A stretch of 64,000 nt of DNA from Octopus sinensis (GCF_006345805.1 NC_043001.1:73036001-73100000), one strand, 5' to 3'. Shown: positions 25,647-40,533, counted from the first letter of the stretch. A program made the numbers and translations. The notes: generated from the letters alone by a model not told the origin.

Positions 25647-26890
25647 TTGGTTGAGATCACTGCTGATATGTGTCACATGGGATGTTGAATAGAAAAGTGT
25701 TAGATTCTTTTCTAGCTGGGTTTACACTTGTCTCATTGACTGACTAATAAAAAACATTTTGAGAACATTGATAACATTGTTTCATTAAAAGGATTATTAT
25801 CATCATCATCATCGTTATTAATATTATTATTATTAAAGGCTTTATGAAACAATATGTTGTTCCTGCTTGTTAATCCTCAAATGTGGCTATATGTGTACCG
25901 ACAATTATTATGGCATGTATGAAAAAAAATAAATACCAGATTACATGTATAATGGTACATTTTTGAGGAATCTCTAATATCTTTGTTGTTTGACATCAGG
26001 ATTATCCCAGATCCTTGGTTTTTTGCTTTGGTTTAAAGTTATCTTGATCTGCATGTATCTAGAGTTACATTCCAGCTTGGTTTTCATTTGATCATTTTAC
26101 TATTTAGCAGTGAAACCTTTTACCATCATCAAGAGATTACTCTATGTACATGGTCCCTTAAAGGAATAGTTTTTGGAATTATTGAACTGGTTTTATGACA
26201 AGACTGGTTCGCTAAATCCTTTTTATTATTGTACAGCAATTTTTTACAGAAGAGAATATGTAAGATTTTCAGTTATTTCCCTCATCATGGTTTTAACATT
26301 TTGTTTTTCTGTATATTGAACTGATCAGAAACATTGTAACGCTACACTTTAATTGTATTTGTCATTTATTGTATTGTTTGTTCATACATTTAACACCAGT
26401 TTTTTTTTTTTAATGTTTGCATGGTTTTGGCTTGCGGGTTATTCAGAATTTAATTGCTGGATGCTTTTCCGTGAGCAAGGAATTTCTTTATTCTAGAAGA
26501 CAGAAAATGTAGAGCAACCAACATCAGCACTACTACTTTATTCAAATGGTGACAGCATGGAATATAGACACGCACACATGCTCGTCTTTTATTTTTTACC
26601 TGTTTCAGTAATTGGACACTGGCCATGCTGGTGTTCCACTTTTAAGGTTTTTAGTCAAATATATTGACCCCAATACATATTGTTCTTTTTTAAAGTCTGG
26701 TACTTATTCTATATGTTTCTTTTGCCAAACTACGAAGCTACAAGGACATAAGCAAACAAACACCAGCTGTCAAGTGGTGGTGGTGGGGACAAACATACAC
26801 ACACACACATATGCATACATAACACGCTTCTTTCAGTTTCTGTCTACCAAATCTACTTACAGGGATTTGGTCAGCCCAGACCTTATTGTA

Positions 26891-28113
26891 TTAGGTTGTC
26901 CTGAAAATAATGGCTGATTTCAGAAACATAATTTTATTCTGGAAAAATTAACAATAGAAATGTTTTGATTAGTCAAGGTATGAACCATGAACATCTGTGC
27001 ACATCGGCCATCGATCAACAAGATTACTTATGCCTTGTTGATAAGAACTTATTGGCTTTGATGCTAAGAAAATTTTGAAAGCTGATTCCACCTCTGGTTT
27101 GGACCTTGAAGTTTTATCACCTAAAAACGCGTTTAACTGCTTTAAAAAATGGTAGTCAGTGGGTGAAAGATCAGGAGACTATGGAGGATGTGGTAAAGTC
27201 TCGTATCCTAAGTCTGTGAGTTTCTGCAGCGTCATTCTTGCAAAATGTGACTTTGCATTATCGTGGAGCAGAATTGGACCATACCAATTCACCAATACAG
27301 GTCTCATTTTTGCAAGTGCGCATGCATTTCAGCGAGCTGATTGCAGTAAACCTCTGCTGTAATGCTCTGATTGACTTCCAGAAAACTGTAATGGACAACA
27401 CTAATTGCAGACCACCAGACAGTCACTATAATCTTTTGCTGATGCAACTTTGACTTTGTGAAATGTTTGGGGGACTCATCACGATCAAGCCATTGACCTG
27501 ATCATTAACGGTTATCATAAAGGTTCCACTTTACGTCACAAGTGACTATTTGGTCAAGAAAGGGATCATTGGTGTTTCGCAGAAAGAGCATCAAGCACAC
27601 TTCAAAATGCCAAACTTTTTGATTTTCATTGAGCTCATGCAGTATCCATTTATCAAGCTTACCAATTTTCTGCAGATTGCTTGAGACTGTTGCAATACTG
27701 ACACCAAGTGCCTGAGACATTTCTCTGACACCTTGACATGGGTTTTGTTCAACAATTGCTTTCAATTGTTCATTGTCAAGACTGCACAACCGTCCTCTAC
27801 CTTCTTCATCTTTCATCACCTGGACCCCTCTCCCCATGCTCTGTTGATATTGGCAGCAGTTTAGGAGGCATTGTGTCCAAGCTTGAACTCATGCAAGTAA
27901 AGTAAGTGAAGGTCCTTTTTTTGTCATGTTCATAATTAAGGGCACATATGCTTCAAGAATGTTTTCTGTTTGAAATAAGTAGAAAATTATTAAAGAGCAT
28001 ACATCAATTATTAAGTATGTCAAAATTTACCTAAAATATAATTAAAATTTTATGATAAAATTGCGTTTCAAAACACAACACTTAGAGTGGCCATTATTTT
28101 CAGAACAACCTAA
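26891..28113 (-). mobile_element. Full-length decayed mariner (cecropia-subfamily-like) inserted in a SINE-A
   Basis: TA|TTAGGTTGTCCTGAAAATAATGGC...GCCATTATTTTCAGAACAACCTAA|TA; 1223 bp. Confidence 0.93.
26969..27933 (-). pseudogene. Mariner D,D34D-type transposase pseudogene
   Basis: LLLHEFKLGHNA, WILHEL, VTCDVKW, LHDNAKSH, HPP*SPDLSPTDYHFF; several stops and frameshifts. Confidence 0.92.
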
Positions 28114-31100
28114 TAGAAGTCACTTTCCCAAGGGTCCATGGAATAAAACAGAACCTGAAATTACACAGATTGAAAGCAAAGTTGTTAACCACAAAATTAT
28201 GTCTGTTCCTGTAGCATAGGAGATATGTAAATGTCATACAAAGTATTCCTCTATGTATGGTGACAGAGATAACAATAATAATAAATATAATTATTGTTAA
28301 ACACAAATAAAATATTGTAGCCATTATTATCTCAATACTTTTGTTTCTTGTATAAAATGAAATTTTATTTTTATTGTAATTCATTGTATTTATAATGTAA
28401 CATTATATTAGCATATATATACATCCATCCACATACACATATAATACACATACATACTTACATGCATGTATGTGCACGCACACACTCACGGAGTGTCAGT
28501 GGTGCTTTCATAATAAATATACAAAGGTACCTAAGTGTTTTTAGTCAAACTACATAATGTTATCTGCCAGCACATCTGTGTCGATGTTTCAGTCATTAGC
28601 TTGGCCTTCTACTGCTGTTGTTGTTGATGTTGTGGTGGTGATGGTGGTATAGCCCTAGCTAAGACCTCATTGAACTAACCTAGGGCACATATGTAATCAT
28701 TCAAATAACTTGATGTCATCTATAGTCACTACTTTACTAGTGTACAAACTCAGTACTGTGCAGAGAGCTTCTTATAATGCAAAAAAAAAAAGAGAATGAT
28801 TTATTAATCTCTACAGAGGTGATCTGTCAAAGAAGTATTGAAGACCAATGGCTGGCTATGTGTATTTGTCAATAACTTCTATTTTTCCCTTCATATTGAT
28901 TTCTCTAATCCACCTAATTACCTCTAATGTTCTCAGAAAGCATTGCCAGGCTTGCATACACAGGTAGTATTTTTGAGGTTATTGATGCTTCTGTTGCTAC
29001 TTATAAACTCTACCTTCCCACGCTCCCTGTTCTATTCCCAGTCATTTCTACTCACCTCATATCTTAGAATCTACCCTGACACTTTATCACCATTAGTTTT
29101 ATCTCTATCTCTTTCCATCTCCACCCTGAATCCCCCCCCCCCAGATCCTCTCTTCTAAAATGTGAGTAGCCATCTAGATCCTCTGTAGGAAGAAACCTGT
29201 TCGACTCTGGCCTCTTCTCTCACATTTTAACCTCTCATCCCATAGCATAAAGCCACCTCCCTCCCTCTTTACTATAGCCCTACTCAGTTACAGAGAATTT
29301 TAGTCTTACAGGCTGCATGAGAACCTCACTGGTGTTGGTGTCACAAAAAAAGCACCCAGAACATGTTAAGTTGTTGGCATTAAGAAGGGTATCCAGCCAT
29401 AGAAACCATGCCAAAGCAGACAGGAGCATGATGCAGTCTTTGGACCTATATCCTGCCAAACAATCTGGCCCATGCCAACATGGATCATGAATGTTAAACG
29501 TTGATGGTGTTGATGTAACATATATGGTGATTTTAAGGATGATATTGGTGTTGTTATGTTGGTGGTGATGGTTTTCTGGAGTGTTAAACATATAGTGGCA
29601 GAAACTATGAGAAGTGATGTTACTATAGAAAGTGTCAATGTTTTGTTTTTTTTTATATATCAAGCATATTTCTGTATGAGCATACCTGTGATTGTGGTTA
29701 CAGTCTGTAATGATGTAAAGAGTTTTGTTTTGTATCTTTTAATATATCAGGCCTCATGGAGATGTATCTTGCAAGCCCAGACAAAGCTGGGATAATTCAT
29801 AGCAAGTTTAACATATATTGTGTGCACCACTGTTGCTGTTTCCCTCTTTTAACTAAATGTAATATCAGTGTGTGGTGTGTGTACTGATAAGTTGTTTGTA
29901 CATTGTTCTATTTACTTTCTTCTGTCCTTTACATGTGCTGTAAATGTAGCAAAGGTGTTAATGAGATGTACACCATGTATAGCATATGTGTATCCACATG
30001 ATTCTGGAACAATGCTTGCCATGGGGTGTATCTTACAGTACTCCTAAGAGACACCATGTTAAATACAAAGCTTGCCTCAAATAATATTTTTAATTCACAA
30101 AGTCTCTTAGAAGTTGTTCCATGTTTGTGTGTATACAGTCATGTTGTAAATGATGTACATATCATTAATTTAATCTCTACCATTTCAAGTGTATATACTG
30201 ACTCATTGTTCTTCTTTTTCACACATGTCCATGTGTGCATATTTGTATTGTTGGGTGGGTGTTTGTGCTGTTGAGTGTAACAGTTTGTTGTCTTTGATGT
30301 TTTCTGGTGTTGTTGGTGAGAAGAGAGGTTGTAGACTTAGTTGCTGTTGTTGTTGTTGTTTTGGAGCTTTCTTTTAAAATGAATTTGATATTGAGGAAGG
30401 AATTCAGTCTAGTTTTTGTGGTGACTTGTATGTTGACAGCTTCAGGGTAAAAATGGGGGGGGGGGGGGAAGGCCTGAGTTGAGTGATTTGTGGGATGTGA
30501 ACACAGTATGGGTGGACCAGAGGAGGATAGACAAGTTGGAAATGACTGAGTATACTTAACACAAGATGAGCCAGGTGCTTTGAATTGGGGCCGCAGTAAA
30601 AAAGGAATACTGAAGAGACATTACATCCATTGGCCAAAGGTAGATGTGTCTGTGTATAATAAGTAACTACATGCCAGTCAGTTTGCTGGGTGTTTTTCTT
30701 TTTAGATGTGGTCATGTAGTCTAAGAATTCTCTTGAAAGTTGTTCCTATATGTAGCAACAACACTATCCCAGGTCTGAGGATAGTATTCGATTGTGGGTT
30801 TCACTTGAACTTTGTAAAGGGTCAATAGTTATTTGGGAATTGTATTTTCCTATTATGAAGAGAGGGACCAGTCTTTTTATGAAACAGTCTAGGTACGGTT
30901 AAGGAAATGCCATCATCAGACTAATCCTGAGCAACAGTGAAACCTAGTGTTAGTAGTTACCTTATTTCTTTAATTGACTGTATCAACAAGCTGAGTCATG
31001 TTTCTGCCACAGACAATTGTAATAACAGTTGATTGGCATTTCAGTTGTTACTTCTATCATTATTACAGTACTAGAGTATTATCCTTCATATGACAGGTAA

Positions 31101-34100
31101 CTTCAGAAATATATTTTTGCCACTGTGGGTAATATCAAGAAATAAGGCACATGTACAATGATTATAATTTAACTTTTATAAAATTTTGAGGTGCTTATAG
31201 AAAATGATGAATTGAATTCTAATTTTCAAAAGGAACAAGTTTATCATTTTGTACCCCCCATAACTACTCCAGCATTTACTTCTCCTCTGTGATAATTTCT
31301 CTCTCACCTTTACTAATTGCTTGCCAAGCCTAAAATGTGCACTCATTCTGTACTTAATAACTCATTCTGCATCTCTCCTTTACTCTCTCTCTCTCTCCCC
31401 ACCTATATACAATATAAAATGTGAGTGGAGGAAGCAACCAACCAAACAACCAACCAGCCAACATATCAGCTATTATTGTATAGAGATTTTCAACATCCTC
31501 TTCTCTGCTTCTTGCCCCTCCCCCCTCTCTCTCCCTCCATCATTTTCTCTACCATTCAATTTTTAGCCAATTTATCAAACAAACTGATCACAATAAAGTT
31601 TTAACATCTCAAATACAGTCCCACTATGCAGCACATTGAACAAAGTCTTCTACTATAGCCCCAAGCTAACAAAGCCATGTGAGTGGTTTGGTAAGCAGAA
31701 ACTGAAAGAAACCAATCATATAACATTATAGTGTGTGTGTGCATGCACGCACATTTGGTTTTACCCCTGTCTTTGTTCATTTCCAGTCTTCTGTGAAAAG
31801 CATATCTGGCCATGGAGAATATTACCTTACTTGAAAACAAGTAAAAATTGATGACAGGGAGACATCTAACTGGAAAATCTGCCTCAGTGAATATTGTCTA
31901 ACCCCTTGCAACTGTGAACAAGTGGTCATTAAAGCAACGATAATAAATTTTCCTTGAAGATCCTTTCATCCTCTTGAACAAATTATTGCAAGGTGGAAGA
32001 AGGTTGCTTTTGAAGCTTATCCAAAATTCACAGGGCCCTTCCTTGGATCACTGAACACCTCTATATCTCCAGGGCTTGCACCAATATCCCAGCTGACTCC
32101 ACTCACTCTTATAGGACTTGCATTTATCTGTTTTTAAATGTTCTTTCTCTGCTTTCACATGTAAGTTTTTATTCTATTTATCCATTTTCTTTTTTTAATT
32201 ATTTTTGATGATAGTTTAAATTGATGAAAAGAATATACTTGATTTTGTGGCCTTATTAGGAAACCCTTTGTAGAACCTCTTATACAGTTGTCTCATCAAA
32301 AAATAACCTGTATTTAAAATTCTGTATAGTTCTTGTGGCATTTCAGCTCTTCATAACTTTGATATCAAACAAAGAAACCTTTGTGTGTGAATTAAAATTA
32401 AATTGACTTCCTCTTTCTTCTTTCAAGTTCAATGTTAATAATTAAGTTTGCATCAATATCGTTTATTTCCAATTTAATTTGATGGAAGTTTCAAAATAGT
32501 TATCTTTCCCTCTTTCACAGCCTCTTTACTAAGTGGTACACCAAAATGTTAGTGAAATTAAAGTCATGTCATACTTTCTCAGTGTCATTCTTACTGCTCT
32601 CTCTCTTTTGTAATTAGACTTCATCTGTTTTGCAAAACCCATTACTTGCTCTCTCTATTGTAATTAGCCTTCATCTGTTTTATGAGACCTGTTAATTATT
32701 TTCCTGCTCAGAATACTCTACATCACTCTGACTAAACCACAGCACAAACTGATTCATCTGTTTTACAATACATTCCTCTGTTCTCTGATTAGATACTGCC
32801 ATTCTTTCAGAGATCACTCAACAAATTCGCACACATTAATTTGACAATTTGGTGTCAAATTGTAGCTGATAGCTTCAACAAAAAAGAAATCAATGAAATG
32901 CCAAACAATCTTGTAATGTTTAAACTATTTGATATATGAATTTGTCTGTTGTGTAAAATACACTATTACAGAACAGCTCTCAGTAAGTTTTGTGTTATAG
33001 ACATCTTTAGTTCTCTGTTTTCAGATGTGTATTGTGTTATGTGGTATATTTTGGACTTCAGAATTTCCCTTAATTTTCTGTTGCAAAGACTACAACACAT
33101 ATGATTTCTTTTATTATAAATTTTCATTCCATCATCAAGTCATTCCTTCATTTTGGAGATGTCTGTTTTTATTTTTGTTGCTTGTTTTCTTCTTTTCATA
33201 CTTTCATTCATTCACTCCTTTTTATGTCTGAATTTATATTAACTAAAGCATTGTGTTACAGTCAGATGTCCTCCTTCTCACCAACTCTTCCCTATTCTCC
33301 AAGTAAGGGATCTCTTGTTCCATGTCTCCAAAAGTGCAAACCCAGCATATGATTTGTTACAAGGAAAATGACAACAAACTGCACCACATGTAGCTTTGTG
33401 CTTTTTTTTGTGTGTGTGAAGCACACAACACAAGCATTTTTCTATTCAGACACACACACACGCACACACATATAATTTTTACTGTCCACTTTTCTTTTTC
33501 CATGCTTGCATGGATTGAACAGAATTTGTTGAGGCAGATATTCTATAGTCATACCATCAGCACTCACCCTCTTTACAAGCAAGGTAATAGTTCCCCATGG
33601 TCAAACATGTTTTAACAGAAAATGCATATACATATATACAGAGTGAGAGAGATAGGGATGGCCATATTATTTGCCAATTAACCACACGCACTATATACTT
33701 ATTCTTTTCAACTTCATGATTATTATTATTATTTTAGTGCCCTTTGTCTGAAATCTTTCTTCACACATCCTGTGAAAGATTTCACACAAAGGACACTAAA
33801 ATAATGATAATAATAAAGCTGAAGTGAAGAACAAGTATGTAGTGCATGTAGTTAATTGGCAAAAAAATATGACCATCCCCAAATATAACAATATCTGTTT
33901 CAACACATGAGTTTACTTCAGGAATCTTGCAAAACAGAAACATAAATGTAACACACACACACAACATGTATGCACATAACATGTTCCTTTCAGTTTCCAT
34001 CTACCAAGTTCACTCAGAAAGCTTTGGTCAGTGCAGAAGCATAGTAGAAGATACTTGCCCAAGGTGACACCCATAGGAATTGAAACCTAAGAGCCATGTA

Positions 34101-34158
34101 GTTGGGAATCAAAATTCTTAAGCATACAAACAAATCCTTGCATACATATATATATAAG

Positions 34159-34195
<37 letters not shown>

Positions 34196-36349
34196 ATGTG
34201 TGTGTGTGTGTACACTCATACGACTGGTCTTCCTACACTTTCCATCTACCAATTTTATGTACAAGGTATTATTAGGCAACACAAGACTGCAGTGAAAGAC
34301 ACTTGCCTAAAGTGCTTCACAGTGGAACTGAACCTGTAACCCTATGCTTGTGAAGTGATTCTCTTAACCACATAGCCATGATTGCTGCTGTTAATAATTA
34401 ACAGTTCCCTTATAAGATATTTTATTAGCTAAGCTTGTATCTTTCCAAAAGCTTTTACACTCTAGTGTTCAGGAATGTTGCTGTTCTAACTACGGCTAAC
34501 ATTGTCATGAACAAAGTATGTGTGGTGCTCATGCTTCAGTAACCCTTGGCGAACATTTGCTACTCAGATGTAGTTTCAGAGCATATATACTTATGCTGTC
34601 TGGTGACACCACCTCATGACTAAACTAACTCTCTCCACCACCACCCCTCACACTCTCTTTCCATATATATATACACACATACACATTCATACATACATAC
34701 ATATATATATATATATAATTACTTGCTAACCACATTCTAAACAGACTTTCAGGTCAATTCTCTTCTCCTAAGACCACCACTGCCACCATGTCCTTAGTAA
34801 AGCAAAAGATGGAAAATGAATTTAGTAAGATAAATAGAATGTATGAAGTTGATTAACTAGCAGATCATGAATTATAAATTTTGCCTCCACTGAATGTTTA
34901 TCCCCCACCTTTCCCCCTGCCGTCTGTCTGTTTACACTCAATATGCAGCAATTATTCCATAAGCACACACTTTAGTATATAAATTAAAGTAGGATGTGTG
35001 TATAATAGCGTGAACCTTGAAACGAAATGATCAAAGTATATCTTAGTTTCTTGAGGTCACATGCTTTCCACTTAAGTAAACAATGCAAGCTCTATTTACA
35101 TACATCATCATCATCATTGTTATAAAGTGTTTTATTATATCTTCTTTGCTCGCTTGCGGCTAAATACTGAATCTCTCTAACGAGGGTTGGAGTGGTTGCA
35201 GACATGGCTGTGTGGTTAAGAAGCTTGCTTCACAACCATGTGGTCTCAGGTTCAGTCCCTTTGCATGGCACTTTGGACAAGCAGCATCTATTATAATAGC
35301 TTTGAACTGTCGAAAGCTATGTGAGTGGGTTTGGTAGATGGAAACTGAAAGAAGCTCGTGTATAAATGCGTGCATATGTGTGTGTATCCTTGTCTCAACA
35401 TGATGATTGTAAACAAGCATCACTATCATGCAAACGTTATTCTTCATTTCCAGCCTTGTGAGTGAATTTGGTTGATGGAAACTCAAACAGGTTCATTGTG
35501 TGTGTATGTACACACACACACACATGCGCATGCACATATTTTTGTGTGTACCCTTGTCTTGAGGCATCACATGGTAAATGAACCTCACCGTCATGCAAGC
35601 AATGTTTTTAGTTGCAAGTCTTCTATGAAAATCGTGTCCAATCATGAGGAAATATTACCTTGATTGGAAACAATATACAAGTTGATGACAGGAAGGGCAT
35701 CCAGTCAAAGAAAATCTGCCTCAGTAAATTCCATCCAATTCATGCAAGTATGGCAAAGTAAATTTTTAAATGATGATGGTTCAACTTTTCAAAATTTATG
35801 TGTGTGTGTATGTTGTAAAAGAGAAATATGAATTGATTTGTTGCCATAGTGATTATGTCAGATTGAAAAATGAGAAACCAGTGGACAATGATCACAATTT
35901 AGAACTGGATAACTGTCTTTTTCTTTCTTTTTTTTCCCAGTGTGTTTGTCCCTTCTATCATATGATAGAATTCGTAGGATTGCATTTCTTCATGAATTCC
36001 AATCACCAGTTGAAATATTGCTTACCAAAATACAATAGGGAAAACTTAGAATGAAGAAGATTTACAGAATAATCAATATGCCAAAACCACATAGCTAATT
36101 AACAATACAACACATATGATATATAATTAATAGGTTGTGGTATTGTTTGAGTGTTATATTTCGTTTTTTAATTCATTATATTATTTGTTTTCTTTTTTTC
36201 TTTTTCTTTTCTTTCTTTTTTTTTTGAGAGTGGAATTATATGAAATATCATACATAAAGAACATTCTTCAATCTGAAATTCTTTAAATTTAATTTTAGAA
36301 GATTCAAAATTATGTTATCATATATGCTCCAGCAAGAGATTTTTTGCTG

Positions 36350-37183
36350 ACTCATTATGATCTGAGTTCAAATCCCACTTAAGTCAACTTTGCCTTTCAT
36401 CCTTTTGGGGTCAATAGAATATAGTCCCTATCACGTACTCAAGTTGATGGTATCAACTAAACCCTCCCCGAAAATTGTTAACCTTGTGCCAAAGTTTGAA
36501 ACCATTATTATTATTATTATTAAGGCAGCAAGCTGGGAGAATCATCAGCATGCTGGGCAAAATGCTCAGTGGTATTTCATCCATCTTCACATTCTGAGTT
36601 TAAATTCCACTGAGGTTGACTTTACCTTTCATCCTTTCGGGGTCCATAAAATAAGTACCAGTTGAGTACTGGGTTGATGTAATCGAGAATGCTCCTCTCC
36701 AAAAATTTCAGGCTTTCTGCCTTTAGTAGAAAGGATTATTATTGTTGTTGTTAAGTCGGTGAGCTGAGAGAATCATTAGCATACCAGGCAAAAAGCTTTG
36801 TGGCATTTCATGTCTTTACATTCTAAGTTCAAATTCCGCTGGGGTCAACTTTGCATTTCATCCTTTTGGTGTTGATAAATTAAGTACCAGTCAAGCACTA
36901 GGGTTGATGTACTTAACTCATTCCCTCCCACAAAATTTCAGGTCATGTGCTTATAGCAGAAAGGATTATTGTTGTTGTTATATGAGGGTGATAGATTAGA
37001 AATATCGTTAGAGAAGTACTTTGTGATATTTCTTCCACCAACTTATATTTAAGAGTTCAAATCCATCAAAACTTAGCTTTGTCTATCATCAATGAAAATA
37101 AAATACCAGTCAAGTACTGGGATCAATGTAATCAACTTTACTCTCCTTTCAAAAACTACTGGCCCTGTGCTAAAATTTGAAAC

Positions 37184-37218
<35 letters not shown>
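36350..37218 (+). mobile_element. Head-to-tail cluster of about 4 SINE-B copies with (ATT)n/(GTT)n linkers
   Basis: Four GAGTTCAAAT...TACCAGT...ATTATT modules. Confidence 0.85.
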
Positions 37219-38811
37219 GTCAACATTTGATAGTTTCAAACAAAGTTCTTCTACACCTCCATGTTGCTGAGGTGTGTGCAGCATTGTGTGTTCTTTTCTA
37301 TTGTTGTGAAAGTGAAAACTCTTCCCAGTATTGTATTGCATCAGTTTTTGTTTTGGGGGTTTGGTTGCAGTCTTTTGTTGTATTAGTGTTTGTATTATGT
37401 GTCATGTATAATGCTAGTTGTGTTCTTCTGTTGGGTGTCCAGCATATAGAGTACATGTTGTTGGGGTTTATTTTATTGGATATTTATTGTATAGAGTGTG
37501 TCTTGTGTTTGTAGATTGTTTTATTTGGGATGTACAAACTGCTTTTGACCTGTGGGTGAAATATTAAACTTGGTAGAACATGCAAGCATCTTATTGTGAA
37601 ACTGCTGATCTATAGAGTTGTTTTAGCTAGATCAGACATCAGATCAATTGACATCACGTATAACTGATAATTGATCTAGTTTGGTTATTATTAATTAGAT
37701 CTATTGAATAGTATTTCAGACCTGATGGTGAAGATGAAGCAAACATGGTGTAATAATTTGAACACGATTTTATTTGCAATCTTTAAGGGAACTGATTTCT
37801 TAACAGAAACTGGAGTAAGGTGATCTAAGTATAGAATCCCCCTTCTACCTGCTCCAAGATCATATTTAGTGGTCAGCGCCATCATAGATGTAAGAAGATG
37901 GTCAAACTGCAGAGTTACTGGAGCAACAGATAAATTACCTCTGGCATTTGTTCTGTTTGTACTCCGGGTTCTAATCTCATCATCTTTTATCTTTTACTTG
38001 TTTCAGTCATTTGACTGGACCCATGCTGGGGCATCACTTTGAAGAATTTTTAGTCGAATGAATCAACCCCAGTGCTTGTTTTTTGTTAAGCCTAGTACTT
38101 ATTCCAGCAGTTTCTCTTACCAAATTGCTAAGTTAAGGGAGATTTAAACACACCAACACCAGTTGTCAAGGAGTGGTGACAGGGGCAGAAACAAAGATAT
38201 ACACACACACACACATATACACACCCACAATGGGCTTCTTTCAGTTTCCACCTACCATATCCACTCACAAGGCTTTGGTCAGCTCAAGGTTGTAGTTGAA
38301 AACACTTGCCCAATGTGCCACACTGTGGGACTGAACCCAGAACAATGTGGTTGGGAAGCAAGCTTGTTACCACACAGCTATGCCTGTGCCTATCATGGTC
38401 AACTTTGCTTTCCTTTCTTTCTGAATTGAGAAACTGAGTACCAATCATTGGGACATGATGATTTTTTTTTGTTTTTACTTCTCTTCTGTTTCTGGCTCTG
38501 TAGTTGGCTATATTCAAACCCAGAGAAAGAAGGGCTTTGCCAAATTTTAAAATGCCAAAGACATGCTGTGTGTCACAATGACACTCTAACAACTCCATCG
38601 AAAGTTAAGTGAGTGGTTGGGTGGGCCTTAACATGCAAATATAAAATTGACCAATGAGATAAGTTAAAAAATCTAAAAACCTCACACTATATTTATTCAA
38701 CCACTGCTTTCATTTTATCGTATCTACCAAAAGATCTTTTCTCCATTTTAAATTGTTTCTTCACTGCCCTTGACTTAATGGTTACACCTATATTCTTACA
38801 CATAAAGACAA

Positions 38812-39325
38812 CCATAGACACAGAGAGCTGTGTATGTGCGTGCGTGTGTGTGTGTGTACGTACTCAGAGAGCCTTATACACACATGCAGATTCAGAAAGC
38901 CATATGTATATGCACATGCAGATCCAGGGAGCCATAAATACACATGGAGACTCAGAGCCATATGCACATTCGGGGATAGAGAGATGTATATACATGTATG
39001 TAGATGCAGAGGAACATATACACACAAATGTACAGTCATATACTCACAGGCAGATACACTCAGTCATGTACACAAACATGCAGATACAATAAGCTATACA
39101 CATACACTAGCAGACACAGAGCCATATACACACATAGAAATACAGTGGCGCTATATAAACACATAGGCAGACACGGTGAGCTATGTACACATGCAAACAG
39201 TGAGCTATATACACACAGTTGTATACACAGTAAGCTATATATATACACACAGACAGACACACTGAGAGCCATACAGACACATGCAGATACATAGAGCTGT
39301 ATACACACATGCAATCACACAGCAA
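38812..39325. repeat. Degenerate ~26-30-bp minisatellite
   Basis: Recurring ACACATGCAGATACAxAGAGCCATAT; explains the overlapping ORFs at 38778-39337. Confidence 0.8.
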
Positions 39326-39611
39326 GCCCACAAACACAATCTACACAACTTGACAATATGTTTAAAGTCCAGCAAACACCAGGAAGTTGATTTTGTTTTT
39401 GTTTCAGTAAAGTGAATGTTTTGTCAAGTAGTTCTCTATGACAAGTTTAGAGCCTATTTCCACTGAGAAAACCTTGAGAGGCTTGTTGCTGGTTAACTGC
39501 TTCCACAGCAGAAACACCACTTATTATCTGCAACCACATCATGGCTGTGCTTCTTATCACTGGTTTGGCACACACATTTCAGAAAGAATTCACTAAATTG
39601 TAAGGAGTGAA

Positions 39612-39722
39612 GAGTAGCAGTAGCACCAGCAGCAGCAGCAGTAGTGGTGGTGGTGGTGGTTGTGGTGGTAGTGGTGGTGGTGGTGGTAGTCATGGTGGAG
39701 TGCCGATAGTGGTGGTGGTGGC
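39612..39722. repeat. (GCA)n/(GGT)n trinucleotide repeat
   Basis: Read directly. Confidence 0.92.
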
Positions 39723-40177
39723 ATTGAATATTTCTGTGTTTGTCACAAAGGCAAACATAATTACAAAACCTTTAAATGCTTAGCAAGGACATACTGTGAA
39801 ATGAATATATAATCAAAGTACAAAAGGACAAAATTTAAAATATACAATGCAACATCACACATACACACTTACTTGTGTGCTTGTGTGCACACGCATATAT
39901 ATTTACATACACATACACACACATATACATATGTGTGTGTATATATATATGTGTGTGTGTGTGTGTGAGGGTGCATACATACTTATATATGTACATACAC
40001 ACACACACACACACACACATATATATGTCCATATGTGTATATACATTTATATACACTTGTGTGTATATATATATATATATCAGATCACTACCTAGTGCAG
40101 CTCCCTGGCTTACCAGTTTTCAGTCAAACCATCCAACCCATACCAGCATGGAAAACGGACGTTAAATGATGATGATG

Positions 40178-40213
<36 letters not shown>

Positions 40214-40274
40214 AATGATCAACTTGCTTGGAAATGGTTGCGTGGCATTCAATCAAATAATAATATAAATAATA

Positions 40275-40533
40275 TCATCATCATCATCATCGTTTAACGT
40301 CCGCTTTCCATGCTAGCATGGGTTGGACGGTTCAACTGGGGTCTGGCAAGCCCAAAGGCTGCACCAGGCCAGTCAGATCTGGCAGTGTTTCTATAGCTGG
40401 ATGCCCTTCCTAACGCCAACCACTCCGAGAGTGTAGTGGGTGATTTTATGTGCCACCAACACAGGTGCCAGATGAGGCTGGCAGACGGCCACGCTCGGAT
40501 GGTGTTTTTTATGTGCCACCGACACAGGTGCCA

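Noticed and set aside
37219-37690. T/G-skewed segment after (ATT)n, possible antisense LINE remnant (also 25835-26290)
   Set aside because: No recognisable protein motif could be read.
38778-39337. Overlapping 76-110 aa ORFs on both strands
   Set aside because: They lie in a degenerate CA-rich minisatellite that lacks stops by composition.
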